A DNA stretch of 62,980 nucleotides from an uncultured bacterium (GCA_965653495.1 CBFHAJ010000001.1:1-62980), one strand, 5' to 3'. Shown: positions 15,693 through 25,257, counted from the stretch's first letter. A program made the numbers and translations. Notes: generated by a model not told the origin, from the letters alone.

Positions 15693-18095
15693 TCAGGCCT
15701 CCGTGCCGGCCGGGAGCGTGAAGGAGAACGTGGAGCCCTGCCCAGGTGATGACTCGACCCAGATGCGGCCGCCATGCCGCTCCACGATCTTCTTCGCGAT
15801 CGCCAGCCCGATCCCCGTGCCCGGGTAGTCTTCCTTCCCGTGAAGCCGCTGGAAAATGATGAAGATCCGGTCGAAGTACTGCGGATCGATCCCGATTCCG
15901 TTATCGCGGACGCCGAACACCCACTCACGGTCGCGTCGCTGCGCAGAGATCTGAACTTGCGGGCGACCGGGACCGCGGAATTTGAGCGCGTTGGAGACGA
16001 GATTAAGAAACAAGTGCTCGAGCTGGCCAGCATCACCAGAGACCATCGGTAGCCCGTCGCGAGTCACGGTCGCACCCGTCTCCTCAATCGTGAGCTTCAA
16101 GTGCGCGAGGGCATGGTCAACCACGGCGCCCACGTCGGTCGGGGCGAATGCGGCACCGCGCGTCCCGACCCGGGAGAACGCCAACAAGTCCTCGATGAGG
16201 CGCTGCATCCGGAGCGCGCCGTCGAGTGCGTACCCGATGAACTCGTCAGCGTCGGCATCGAGCTTCCCCTTGTAGCGCTTTCCCAGGAGCTGCACATAGC
16301 TGCCCACCATGCGGAGCGGCTCCTGGAGGTCGTGTGACGCCACGTACGCGAAGCGCTCCAGCTCTTCGTTCGAGCGACGCAGCTCCTGCTCGGCGCGCTT
16401 GCGCTCGGTGATGTCGACGACCGAGGCGAGGACGAACAGCCCCTCGTCCGTCTCAAGCGGGTTGAGCCCGATCTCGACGGGGACTTCGCGGCCGTCCTTG
16501 CGGACGCCGAAGAGATCGCGACCGGCCCCCATCGCCCGGGTCTGCGGGCTGCCGAAAAACGCCTCCCGATACCCGGGGTGCCGTTCCCGGAGCCGTGCGG
16601 GCACGAGCACTTCGATCGGTCGACCCAGGAGTTCCTCGCGCGGATACCCAAAGAGCCGCTCGATCTCCCGGTTCACGAGGACGATCTTCCCCTCGCGGTC
16701 GATCATGAGCATGCCGTTCGGGGACGACTCGACCGCGGCCCGGAAGCGCGCCTCTGCTCGCCTTCGGGCACTGATATCGACGACGGACGCGAGGACGAAC
16801 ATGCCTTCGTCGGTCGCGAGGGGATTCAGACCGATCTCGACGGGGACCTCGCGGCCGTCTTTGCGCCGGCCGAATAGTTCGCGCCCCGCCCCCATCGCCC
16901 GAGCTTCCGGACTGGAGAGGAACCCGGAGCGCAATTCCGGGTGTCGGGCTCGTGTCCCTTGCGGGACGAGCGTCTCGATCGCACGTCCGAGGAGCTCATC
17001 GCGAGAGTAGCCGAACAGCCGCTCGATCTCGCGGTTCACGAGGACGATCGTCCCCTCGCGATCGACCATGACCATGCCGCTCGGGGACGACTCCACCGCC
17101 GCTTCGAACCGCTCCTGGGCGCGCTTACGCTCGGCCAGGTCCCGCGCTCGACCGGCCATCTCCGCCTCAAGTCGCTGCCGTGACTGATGCGTGAGGCCCC
17201 ACGCCCCCACGCCACCCGCCGCCACGAGCGCCAACGCGATGATGCTGACGCCCGCGAGGAAGCTCGTTGCGGGAGCCAGCACACGCTCGCGGGACAACTC
17301 TACCAGAAGAATCCAGGGAGTCCCCGCGATTGGGGTTGCTCGGGCGATGTACATCGTGCCGCTGTGGGCATAGTCGACGATGTCGCGCTGGGTATGCAGG
17401 TCGACGGGCGGGGGCGCGACCGGACCGGACAGGTCAGTCCACACATCGCCTCGTTCATTCCCGATACGCAGACCCGCATCGGGCCCGATGATCTCGGTGA
17501 GCTGCCGAGTCGCCTCCGGCTGTGCGTGTACCCGTCGCCAGTTGACCACGTAGCCGGCCGGTGGGCCGCCGCTCGAGACGGTCGCGATCACCGGAAACAC
17601 CACAGTGTCTCCGATCTGGCGTAGGTCACCGAACGCACGGCCGCCCCCTGTCGCCGCGGACGCCATAAGCCGCCGCGTCGCGCTTGTATCCCCGACGGGT
17701 AAGGCCCACCCCGTGGTCAGCAGGCGGTCGCCCGCAGAACGCCACAGTTCGACCGCTGCGTTGAGTGAGTCGCGTGTTCTCAAGGCTTGCAGGGCCCGCA
17801 CCGCCGCCGTTCGACTCGCTGGGCTGGGGCGAACGCTTGCGAGATAGGTCCGAATCGCTGGATCGCTAGCGACCTGTCGCACCTCGCCGAATCGCTGTGG
17901 CGCTCCGGCGGTCAGGCTCGCTTCGAGCTGCTTCGTCACGCGCTGCAGGTGCTCGCGGGCGGCACTGAGTAGGACGCTTCGAACCTTCGCGTAGGCGAGC
18001 CAGGAGAACGCGCCGATGGCAACCACGAGCAGGCCGCTCATGAGCAACGGGAGTCGGAGCTCGAGCGGCTTGGTGGCGAGCCGGAGGCGCATCAT
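15693..18095 (-). CDS. Membrane sensor histidine kinase (TM-periplasmic domain-TM, two tandem PAS domains, HisKA, HATPase)
   Basis: 800 aa. Two hydrophobic helices flank a roughly 240-aa extracytoplasmic region. Two PAS units of about 121 aa are near-duplicates. H-box [14 protein letters not shown]; G boxes DNGIGI and GTGIGLAI. Confidence 0.9.
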   Translation of the reverse strand: MMRLRLATKPLELRLPLLMSGLLVVAIGAFSWLAYAKVRSVLLSAAREHLQRVTKQLEASLTAGAPQRFGEVRQVASDPAIRTYLASVRPSPASRTAAVRALQALRTRDSLNAAVELWRSAGDRLLTTGWALPVGDTSATRRLMASAATGGGRAFGDLRQIGDTVVFPVIATVSSGGPPAGYVVNWRRVHAQPEATRQLTEIIGPDAGLRIGNERGDVWTDLSGPVAPPPVDLHTQRDIVDYAHSGTMYIARATPIAGTPWILLVELSRERVLAPATSFLAGVSIIALALVAAGGVGAWGLTHQSRQRLEAEMAGRARDLAERKRAQERFEAAVESSPSGMVMVDREGTIVLVNREIERLFGYSRDELLGRAIETLVPQGTRARHPELRSGFLSSPEARAMGAGRELFGRRKDGREVPVEIGLNPLATDEGMFVLASVVDISARRRAEARFRAAVESSPNGMLMIDREGKIVLVNREIERLFGYPREELLGRPIEVLVPARLRERHPGYREAFFGSPQTRAMGAGRDLFGVRKDGREVPVEIGLNPLETDEGLFVLASVVDITERKRAEQELRRSNEELERFAYVASHDLQEPLRMVGSYVQLLGKRYKGKLDADADEFIGYALDGALRMQRLIEDLLAFSRVGTRGAAFAPTDVGAVVDHALAHLKLTIEETGATVTRDGLPMVSGDAGQLEHLFLNLVSNALKFRGPGRPQVQISAQRRDREWVFGVRDNGIGIDPQYFDRIFIIFQRLHGKEDYPGTGIGLAIAKKIVERHGGRIWVESSPGQGSTFSFTLPAGTEA

Positions 18096-18279
18096 ACGAC
18101 CTGCCCCTCGACTGTGCCGGGGAGTTTCTGAAGGTTGGTCACAAAGGCCTTCACCGGCTGCCGCTCGAGCGGCGTGTCCTCGGCTACGAACACATGAGTG
18201 ATCTATAGTTGCTTACCTGTGGCGTCGGCGCTATATGATCCCGAAAGAATCCCGAACCACGTTGCCCCGGCGCACCTTG

Positions 18280-18415
18280 GAGCGCTTTGCCGGACCGTTT
18301 GCCTTTCGGGATCTCGGTCCGAGATGCTTAGGCTTGCGAGCGCGACGAGAGCCCGGAGCTGGGGCTCGCACGCCAGTAACCAGGTTCTTCTTGTTGCCAC
18401 TTCGGTTGCCACTTC
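18280..18415. repeat. Copy C of the roughly 140-bp dispersed repeat (partner at 11214-11358)
   Basis: See copy B. This copy lies about 100 nt from the displaced tRNA-Pro 3' fragment. Confidence 0.8.
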
Positions 18416-18518
18416 CCCTGCGAATCGGCGTATATTCCGCCCGCGGCTCCCCGAAAATCGACCGTCGGGACGCGCAAATTTCCCTACGGGCTGCTAGTCG
18501 TTACAATCCTTGGACGGC

Positions 18519-18551
18519 GAGGTCGGTGGTTTCAATCCACTCGCCCCGACT
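18519..18551 (+). repeat. Right copy of the 33-nt direct repeat (displaced 3' fragment of tRNA-Pro); att-like
   Basis: GAGGTCGGTGGTTTCAATCCACTCGCCCCGACT. There is no tRNA 5' half upstream of it. Confidence 0.85.
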
Positions 18552-18560
18552 GAAACGTTT

Positions 18561-19328
18561 GTGACTGCTCTGCTGTCGTGGCGCGCCGCGCCCCCGCGGC
18601 CGCTCCTTCCGCCCGGAGAGACCCACTGCTTCGCCTTCACGCTCGATCCGCCGTCGGCTCGCGTCGCGGCGCTGGAGCGGCTGCTCTCCCCCGACGAGCG
18701 GGAGCGCGCCGGGCGATTCCATCACGAGCGGGACCGTCGCCGCTACGGCGTCGGCAGGGGGCAGCTGCGGACCATTCTCGCTCGGGTTCTCGAGAGCGAA
18801 GCCGGCGCCCTAAGCTTCCGCTACGGGACTAACGGCAAACCGGCATTGCAGGGCCCGAGCGAACACGAGCGACTCAGATTCAACCTGTCCCGCTCGCACG
18901 AGCTCGGCGTGCTCGTGATTCAGTGGGACGAAGAGGTCGGAGTCGACGTGGAGCACGTGCGCCCGTTTCCCGACGCACTCGACATCGCCAAGCGGTTCTT
19001 TGCCCCCGAGGAGTACACGGCGCTGCGCGCTCTCCCCGCCACGTCGTTGGACGCCGGGTTCGTCAGCTACTGGACTCGGAAGGAAGCGGTGGTGAAGTCG
19101 CTGGGCCTGGGGCTCGCCCATCCCATGGGCGGCTTCGTGCTGGCGCGATCCGTGAGCGCCGCGGGCGAGCGGGTCGTAATCCCGGATGCAGGTGCGACGC
19201 GAAGCAGTTGGGTCGTCCCGCTGCCAGCTCCAGCAGGGGACTACGTCGCCGCGGTCGCGACGACGTGCCAGCCCGGGCCGCTCTTGTGCTGGGCCTGGGG
19301 TGACGCGACGAGCACGACGCCGGAGTAG
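18561..19328 (+). CDS. Sfp-type 4'-phosphopantetheinyl transferase
   Basis: Motifs ..ERERAGRFHHERDRRRY.., GVDVEHV and WTRKEAVVKSLG. I chose the in-frame GTG at 18561 because the track start (TTG 18510) would read through the tRNA fragment. Confidence 0.8.
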   Translation: MTALLSWRAAPPRPLLPPGETHCFAFTLDPPSARVAALERLLSPDERERAGRFHHERDRRRYGVGRGQLRTILARVLESEAGALSFRYGTNGKPALQGPSEHERLRFNLSRSHELGVLVIQWDEEVGVDVEHVRPFPDALDIAKRFFAPEEYTALRALPATSLDAGFVSYWTRKEAVVKSLGLGLAHPMGGFVLARSVSAAGERVVIPDAGATRSSWVVPLPAPAGDYVAAVATTCQPGPLLCWAWGDATSTTPE

Positions 19329-19371
19329 TGGAGTACCGTGCCGGGTAGGACCCGGCTAGCTTGGTGGTTGC

Positions 19372-19445
19372 GCGCCAGTAGCTCAGCTGGATAGAGCGTC
19401 GGCCTCCGGAGCCGAAGGTCCCGCGTTCGAATCGCGGCTGGCGCA
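19372..19445 (+). tRNA. tRNA-Arg (anticodon CCG)
   Basis: Folded by hand: acceptor GCGCCAG/CTGGCGC, D-arm GCTC-AGCTGGATA-GAGC, anticodon stem TCGGC/GCCGA with loop CTCCGGA, T-arm CCGCG-TTCGAAT-CGCGG, discriminator A. 74 nt. Confidence 0.9.
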
Positions 19446-19471
19446 TGACGTTACGAAAACGGATGTGCCAT

Positions 19472-19957
19472 TCAACACTGCGGGCGTCGCGAAGGGGGCC
19501 TCGGCATTGCCCCTGGCGCCGCGGCCACCAGTTGGAGGCCGAGGACCCGCCGCTGCTGGACGATTTGACGCACGGCGGCCGTGCCCTTTCGCGCCGGGTC
19601 ATACCGCCATTGCACGACCGTAAGGAGAACGGCGTCGGCGAAGATGCGGTTGTTCGTATACACGATGTGCGCCGTCCCAGACTCCGGCACGCCACTCGTA
19701 TCGACCACCACCTCGATCACCGCTGAGTAGCAGGCAAAACCGCCGGCGGGCAGTTCGCGTGGCTCAAAGTCTGGCAGGACTTGCGGATTGCGCAGGTGCG
19801 CACGCCGATCCACGGCACAGTCGCGATAGATCGATCCGCCGGCGAGATACACGGAATCCGCTTGTCGCAATGGGCATGCAGGCTGTCGCGCTTGGGTCGT
19901 CGCCCCGGCGCAGGCGGCGACTACGGCGACCAGAGCGATGACTGGCCGTGCCAACAT
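19472..19957 (-). CDS. Lipoprotein, possibly with a TonB-C-like fold
   Basis: Trimmed from track ORF 19472..20008 to MLARPVIALVAVVAACAG (lipobox-like). The C-terminal ..VIEVVVDTSGVPESGTAHIVYTNNRIFADAVLLTVVQWRYDPA.. resembles TonB C-terminal domains. Confidence 0.55.
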   Translation of the reverse strand: MLARPVIALVAVVAACAGATTQARQPACPLRQADSVYLAGGSIYRDCAVDRRAHLRNPQVLPDFEPRELPAGGFACYSAVIEVVVDTSGVPESGTAHIVYTNNRIFADAVLLTVVQWRYDPARKGTAAVRQIVQQRRVLGLQLVAAAPGAMPRPPSRRPQC

Positions 19958-19996
19958 GGGGCTGCTCCTGTGAAGGCGCCCAGGTGATGCGGGACC

Positions 19997-20029
19997 GCGA
20001 CAGGCCACCTGCGATCTGTGGCCTGTCGC
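19997..20029 (-). terminator. 12-bp GC-rich hairpin downstream of the DUF1080-like gene
   Basis: GCGACAGGCCAC-(9 nt)-GTGGCCTGTCGC, 39 nt after the stop at 20068. No clear U-tract. Confidence 0.4.
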
Positions 20030-20067
20030 AAGTCCAGTGCCGATTGTCGTGGTGTGGGAGCGGGCCT

Positions 20068-21072
20068 CTACGGCACCCGCGTCGCGGTCCAGCGGCCATC
20101 GGCAACGCCCTCAACCTTCATCCGGCCGCCCGCAGCATCGCCATCGATCCACCCGGCAAGTAGCGCTGGAGCGGTGCCGGGATCTTCAGGGCCCTGCTTG
20201 GGCAGTTCCGCGTCGAACCGGCACTCGACATAGCCATCGCGCCACGTTCCGGTAACGGGGCGAGCCTTGCCGAGGGCACCGGACCAGGTCCCAGTCAGCT
20301 TGCTGCTATCGCGCGTGAGCTGCAGCGTACCCTCGAACGGCCCGGCGTCGCTCGCAAACTTCACCTGCCACGTGCCGCTCGCGTCCGCCCCGTTCTTCAC
20401 GGGCAGCGGGGTCGACGGGGTGATACGGACGTTCGAGAAATACGCCTCCTCGCCCTGGTACCCCCACAGGGCGACGCCACCGCGCAAGTCCTGGCCCTTG
20501 AGGCCGTCCACCACCAGGCTGGGATTCGCTGCTCCGTTGAGATACAGCTTGGCGGTGCGGCCCTTCACCTCGATCTTGACTTTCGTCCACATCTCCGGCT
20601 GCAGTTCCGCATAGGTCTCGTACACCGACGGCCACGTGCGCCGCAGCTTGTACCACCCGAAGTCCGGCTCGGAGCTGTATTGCACCGAATGATTCCGCAT
20701 CGCCTGGTCATCGGCGTGGGCGTTCCCCGGCCGCAGATAGAACAGCTCGTACCGCGATGCGTCCGGCTGCGCCCGGAACGCGATGCCGACAAAACCAGGC
20801 ATCCTCACCCCTGGCGGCGTGGTGATCTTCAGAGCGATGTCAGCTTCGATCACACCATCCTGAAAATCGCTGCCCTTGAGCAGCGCGAAGCCATCCTTCT
20901 CCGTGTCCTTGGTGAGTCGCACGGCCTTGCGGCCCTTGTATTGAACGGGGTCGGCCTTGAGGTTCAGCAGGACGAGATCTTTCGTGTCGCTGAGGGCAAA
21001 CGTCTGAGCCTCAGACGTAGCCGGACTGAAGACGGTCCAGACCAGCAGGATCGCGAACGCGACTCGAGACAT
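20068..21072 (-). CDS. Secreted concanavalin/LamG-like (DUF1080-type) domain protein
   Basis: Trimmed from the 609-aa track ORF to the ATG at 21072, which follows a GGAGG RBS. Signal peptide MSRVAFAILLVWTVFSPATSEAQ. The lectin-fold call is tentative (..GRTAKLYLNGAANPSLVV..GGVALWGYQGEEAYFSNVRI). Confidence 0.65.
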   Translation of the reverse strand: MSRVAFAILLVWTVFSPATSEAQTFALSDTKDLVLLNLKADPVQYKGRKAVRLTKDTEKDGFALLKGSDFQDGVIEADIALKITTPPGVRMPGFVGIAFRAQPDASRYELFYLRPGNAHADDQAMRNHSVQYSSEPDFGWYKLRRTWPSVYETYAELQPEMWTKVKIEVKGRTAKLYLNGAANPSLVVDGLKGQDLRGGVALWGYQGEEAYFSNVRITPSTPLPVKNGADASGTWQVKFASDAGPFEGTLQLTRDSSKLTGTWSGALGKARPVTGTWRDGYVECRFDAELPKQGPEDPGTAPALLAGWIDGDAAGGRMKVEGVADGRWTATRVP

Positions 21073-21155
21073 AGTTTTCTGACCTCCGAGCGGGGGGACG
21101 GGGAGCTGGCAAACTGAATCGGTACGCGTTTCAGTCGCTTCGCGTTTCCAGTCCA

Positions 21156-22643
21156 TCAGTCCCTGACAGGCACCGCCTTCATGAGCCGGGCCAGGGCGGT
21201 CTTCAACCCTTCGCTCGCCGCCGCCTCTCCCCGAGAATGCCCCAGCCGGACCACGACCAGCTGGTGCGACGGGATCATCAGTGTGTATTGGCCGCCGGCC
21301 CCGGCCATGTAGTAGGCGCTCCGCTCCACAGGGAACACGCTGTCGCCGTTGATCCAGAAGAACCCGCCGTACACCGGCCGATGGTCGGCGGCCCAAGCCG
21401 GCGCCAGGGTACTCACGAATTGGACGAACCCCTGCGGCAGAATCCGCTCGCCGTGCCACACGCCATCCTGCAGGTAGAGATCCCCCAGCCGTGCCCAGTC
21501 CCGAGCCGAGCCCAGCTCGTAGCCCTGCGTCAGAAAGTCCCCGTAGGGATCGGTCTCCATCACCATTGATCGGATGCCGATGCGGTCGAACAAGGCTCGG
21601 CGCGGAAACGCGAGGTACTGCTCCCCGCGTTTTTCCACGGCCAGGCGGATGAGATAGTTGACCAGCACCGGATCGGTGTTGCGGTACCGGCCCACGGTGC
21701 CGGGGGGCCACTCGAGCGGGCGCGTGGCAGCATAGTGAAAGGCGTTCACGCTGCCCGTGTACAGGTACAGATGATCGGGATACGGACCCGACGGATCGAA
21801 GTCGGGGTCGAGCGGGGAGCGGATCCGGATGCCGCTCGACATCTGCAGCAGGTCGGCGATGCGGATCTTGGCGCGCGGGTCCCCTCGGCCCCGCCACTCG
21901 GGAATAGGGGCTGGCTGCTCGAGCGTGTAGACGCCCTGCTTGATGAGAATGCCCATGAGCGTGGCCGTGAGACTCTTCCCCATCGACCAGCTCTCGAGCG
22001 GCGTGTGCGGCGTGATACCGGAGCCGTAACGCTCACCAATTATGCGTCCTCTCCACGTCACCACGAACGCGGCGGTCATCGCTGCGGCAGGTTGAAAGGC
22101 CGCATCGACGGCCGATCGGACTGCCGCGGTGTCGACGGAAGCTGGCAGCGGATCGCTGGGCAGCACGTCGCCCATTGGCCACGGCTGGGTTGCAGGATCG
22201 GGCAGGCGACTCGTCACGTGCACGGGCTTGAATCCGAGGGACGGCTTTCCGGTCGGGAGGGTCACGCACCCTTGGTCTCCGACGTACTTGGCCGTGCGCT
22301 GCACTCCGTTCGGGAGCGTCACGTGCACGACCTTGCCGGCACGATCGATCTCGGGCTTGCCGAGCTTGGCCCGCGCCTCGGCAGGCGCCGTGAAGAAGCC
22401 GACATTTTGGGCCGCGAAGGCAGGGTCGAGGCCCGTGATGAACACCGCCGAGCACATGATCTGGGCGAACCCGGCCGCCTCGTGTTCGAGGGGGTCTCCA
22501 GGGGGCGGCTCGTACGGAGTGTTGAGCTCGAGCGACCTGGCGCGGGCGATCAGCGAGTCCCGCTGCGCATGCGAGTCCTGCGCAACAACGGGCGCGGGCA
22601 CGCCGGTGAGCGAGAGCAAAGCTGCTGAAAGAAGCGCGCGCAT
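21156..22643 (-). CDS. Beta-lactamase-family serine hydrolase
   Basis: 495 aa. Signal peptide and an SxxK motif (WSMGKSLTATLMG), with overall class C/esterase-like length. Confidence 0.8.
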   Translation of the reverse strand: MRALLSAALLSLTGVPAPVVAQDSHAQRDSLIARARSLELNTPYEPPPGDPLEHEAAGFAQIMCSAVFITGLDPAFAAQNVGFFTAPAEARAKLGKPEIDRAGKVVHVTLPNGVQRTAKYVGDQGCVTLPTGKPSLGFKPVHVTSRLPDPATQPWPMGDVLPSDPLPASVDTAAVRSAVDAAFQPAAAMTAAFVVTWRGRIIGERYGSGITPHTPLESWSMGKSLTATLMGILIKQGVYTLEQPAPIPEWRGRGDPRAKIRIADLLQMSSGIRIRSPLDPDFDPSGPYPDHLYLYTGSVNAFHYAATRPLEWPPGTVGRYRNTDPVLVNYLIRLAVEKRGEQYLAFPRRALFDRIGIRSMVMETDPYGDFLTQGYELGSARDWARLGDLYLQDGVWHGERILPQGFVQFVSTLAPAWAADHRPVYGGFFWINGDSVFPVERSAYYMAGAGGQYTLMIPSHQLVVVRLGHSRGEAAASEGLKTALARLMKAVPVRD

Positions 22644-22652
22644 CTGTAGATC

Positions 22653-23051
22653 TTACTTTGCCACTGGCTGCGCGAACAGGACCGTATGCCCACCCGGCTC
22701 TAACACGCCAACCTCCTCCATCCCGTAGGATGTACGCCGCCGCTCCACGGCACGGGGCAGTCCCGCGAGCTGAGCCTCGATAGCCGCGATATCGGAAACC
22801 TCCAGAAAGAGGCCGACCGATGCACCCCGGGACCGCGGCACCTTGCGGCCGAGATCCTTGTCGACGCTGGCCCAGGTCTGGTACATCAGCTCGGCGCTAT
22901 CTTTGGCGAGGATCACGAAACCGAGGCGGTCCCCTTCGGGCACCGCCACGACCTGCGTCCAGCCGAGGCGCTTGACCCAGAACTCGAGGCAGGGCTCGAT
23001 CGCTTCTACCATGAGGACGGGCGTGAGCTTCTTCGTGATGGCAGTCGGCAT
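22653..23051 (-). CDS. VOC/glyoxalase-bleomycin-resistance-fold protein
   Basis: Trimmed from the 388-aa track ORF to the ATG at 23051. 132 aa: ..VLMVEAIEPCLEFWVKRLGW..GFVILAKDSAELMYQ..VGLFLEVSDI..GHTVLFAQ. Confidence 0.65.
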   Translation of the reverse strand: MPTAITKKLTPVLMVEAIEPCLEFWVKRLGWTQVVAVPEGDRLGFVILAKDSAELMYQTWASVDKDLGRKVPRSRGASVGLFLEVSDIAAIEAQLAGLPRAVERRRTSYGMEEVGVLEPGGHTVLFAQPVAK

Positions 23052-23078
23052 ACGGTGTGACTCCGGTCGAGGTGATGG

Positions 23079-23912
23079 ATGGAGAATGTAGCCGACCACG
23101 CGGATGGCGTCTTGGAAAAATGGAATATCCCGCCGGGCTACGCCGAGCACGCGCCGCCGGCTGAGCTGGCCAGCCGTGTGGCGTGCTTTTGGACCCGGCG
23201 CGCGGCGCACCCGCACGTCCGGTCCCCGGGGCTCCGCGTGCTCCCCGACGGCTGCGTCGACTTCATCGTGACGTTCGGGCGCGCGGGGTCTATCGCGGTC
23301 GGGGCGATGACCAAACCGCTCGTCGTGCGCGCCGGCCCGCGGCTTTCCATCGGGGTGCGGTTTCGTCCCGGCCAGGGCTTCGCGGCCTTCGGCATTCCCG
23401 CGGCCGCGGCGACCGATGCGCTCCTGGAGCTGAGCGACGTCGAGCCGGAGTCGCGGACCCTTCAGGACCGCCTGGTGCGGCTCGAGAGTGACCGAGAGAG
23501 ACTCACCCACTTCATCGCGTTCGTGCGCCGGCGGCTCGCTCGGGCACCGGACGTCCCGGCGAGCGTGCGGGCCGCGGTGCACCGGATCGAGCGCGCGGCC
23601 GGGAATGTGCGCGTCGCGGACCTGCCCGCAGATACCGGCGTGACGCGCCAGCAGCTGGCGCGCCAGTTCGCGATGCACGTCGGGGTGTCGCCCAAAGTGC
23701 TGGCGCGCATCATGCGAGCGCGCGCCGTGCTGGCGCGCGCCGACGCCGCGCGTGCGGCCTATCCTCGACTCAACTGGAGCGCGATCGCCCTCGACCTCGG
23801 GTACTACGACCAGCCGCACCTGATCGACGACTTCAAGGCGCTGACGGGCGTGACCCCCGGCGAATGGTTGGGACAGCGCTCGTCCGGTCCTGGCCGGGTC
23901 ACAGCGACTTGA
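23079..23912 (+). CDS. AraC-family transcriptional regulator
   Basis: 277 aa. C-terminal ..VADLPADTGVTRQQLARQFAMHVGVSPKVLARIMR..LDLGYYDQPHLIDDFKALTGVTPGEW. The exact start is uncertain; only 27 nt separate it from the divergent VOC gene. Confidence 0.8.
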   Translation: MENVADHADGVLEKWNIPPGYAEHAPPAELASRVACFWTRRAAHPHVRSPGLRVLPDGCVDFIVTFGRAGSIAVGAMTKPLVVRAGPRLSIGVRFRPGQGFAAFGIPAAAATDALLELSDVEPESRTLQDRLVRLESDRERLTHFIAFVRRRLARAPDVPASVRAAVHRIERAAGNVRVADLPADTGVTRQQLARQFAMHVGVSPKVLARIMRARAVLARADAARAAYPRLNWSAIALDLGYYDQPHLIDDFKALTGVTPGEWLGQRSSGPGRVTAT

Positions 23913-25257
23913 GGAACTCGATGATCGCCTGCTTATCCCGCTCGCTCAGGCGCACGAACTGATTGGTCACGCCGTTCGCCTCTCCCCGATGCCGGACGAT
24001 GGCGTCGCGCAACGTGAGCGAAGCGGCGTCGTGCATCAGGCGGGGGCGCAACCGCACGCCCCACAGCGGAGCCGTCCGCATCTTGTTCTGGGTGCTGCCG
24101 AAGGCGGCGCGGGAGAAGTCCCTCCACGGGACCTGCGTAGAACGCCGACCGTAGTGCTCCTGCATCGTCATGACGATGCCGTCACCGGTGCCCACGTCGT
24201 GCAGCAGAAAGTCTCCGAACGGGTGGAACGTTTTCGCGCCGAGCGCGGGCGGAATGGTGTCCACGCCGCCGTTGATCGTGGTGCCGGCCGGCGCCGTGAC
24301 CAGGGCGCGCACATGGCACGTCGCGCACCCCACCGAATCGAACAGGGCCGATCCGCGCTTCGCCTGGGGACTCTTCGCGAGGATCGTGTCGCGCGCGGGG
24401 GCCTTGGTGGCCCGCATGAACCGGGCGAAGCGATCGATGTCGGCCAGGCCGGTCGAGTCGTTCTGGTTGTTGGGCTCGTCCGCGGTGTTGCAAATGGTGG
24501 TCACCTCGTCGGGAAAGAGCCGGCTGGTGATGCCCATCTCGTTGAGGTAGGCGTCTCCGGAAAAAGAAAGCAGGCTCGCCTGCTGGTTCTTCCAGCCGAA
24601 GCGACCGACGCGCGTCGTGCCCGGGGCCTCGAGCACTGGAACCCGCAGGACCTGACCACAGATCTTGCCGTGGGTGCGGCGGCACTGTTCGCGACCGATC
24701 CGCTCGAGCGTCGTGTCGTCCACGGCCTCCACGAATCCGTCGCCCAGCAGGTTGAGCGAGAGGCGCGTGGTACGAATCTTCTCCGAGTCGGGAACGCGCT
24801 CCTGGATCTCGGAGTCCGGGAACTGCGCGTTGGGGCAGATGGCGCGGTCGTTGATCAGGGTGCGGCCGGAGATCACGGTCGTGCCGCGGCCGATGGGAAT
24901 GTCGGGGTTCTCGAATCTTCCGTCGCGGCCCCGATGCCCCACACGCAGCTCCGTCACCTGACTGGCGCCGCCTGACGTCGGGTTCTGGTGGCATTCGCGG
25001 CAGGACTGCGCGTTGTAAAGTGGCCCTAACCCGTCGGCGATCTCTTCGACCTCGTCGAACGCTTCCCGATCGGTGCTGTGGATCGAGTCCGTCACCGCGC
25101 CGTTGCTCAAGTTATCGAAGCCGGTGCGGGCGTCGGGCCCTCCCGGATCGGGCGGCTGATGGGGCGGCGGTGCGGGAGGCTGCTGCTGGCAGGCGGCGAC
25201 GAGCGACACGAGCAGCGCGAGGCACATGACACGATGGGACCGGGAAGCGGCGGCCAT
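23899..25257 (-). CDS. Di-haem cytochrome c oxidoreductase/peroxidase-like protein (DUF1111 type), lipoprotein
   Basis: Trimmed from the 782-aa track ORF to the ATG at 25257. Lipobox-like ..LALLVSLVAAC. Two CxxCH motifs (CRECHQ, CATCHV). ..GPLYNAQSCRECH.. is typical of this family. Confidence 0.8.
   Translation of the reverse strand: MAAASRSHRVMCLALLVSLVAACQQQPPAPPPHQPPDPGGPDARTGFDNLSNGAVTDSIHSTDREAFDEVEEIADGLGPLYNAQSCRECHQNPTSGGASQVTELRVGHRGRDGRFENPDIPIGRGTTVISGRTLINDRAICPNAQFPDSEIQERVPDSEKIRTTRLSLNLLGDGFVEAVDDTTLERIGREQCRRTHGKICGQVLRVPVLEAPGTTRVGRFGWKNQQASLLSFSGDAYLNEMGITSRLFPDEVTTICNTADEPNNQNDSTGLADIDRFARFMRATKAPARDTILAKSPQAKRGSALFDSVGCATCHVRALVTAPAGTTINGGVDTIPPALGAKTFHPFGDFLLHDVGTGDGIVMTMQEHYGRRSTQVPWRDFSRAAFGSTQNKMRTAPLWGVRLRPRLMHDAASLTLRDAIVRHRGEANGVTNQFVRLSERDKQAIIEFLKSL

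Larger units (their letters stand above)
7943..18518. mobile_element. Putative decayed tRNA-Pro-associated genomic island (10.6 kb) bounded by the 33-nt direct repeats
   Basis: An intact tRNA on the left and a displaced tRNA 3' fragment on the right. The cargo is an AraC regulator, an S9 peptidase and a five-gene signalling operon. No intact integrase is present, only possible integrase-tail debris at 11286-11541 and 18328-18470. Confidence 0.4.

Noticed and set aside
20068-21897. Very long 5' extensions of track ORFs. Examples: 20068..21897, 22653..23819, 23899..26247, 28724..31159, 31269..32258, 36687..37700, 43362..45746, 44678..46153, 47440..48852, 50506..51906, 54810..57056 and 57625..58809.
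   Set aside because: The extensions overlap upstream genes in other frames and are low-complexity. Internal starts give proper signal peptides, RBS sequences or GTGA/ATGA coupling, and yield expected protein lengths.
23052-23078. 27-nt divergent spacer between the VOC gene and the AraC regulator, considered as an unusual promoterless arrangement.
   Set aside because: This is most likely an over-extended AraC start; a downstream GTG is available. The evidence is insufficient to call it a feature.
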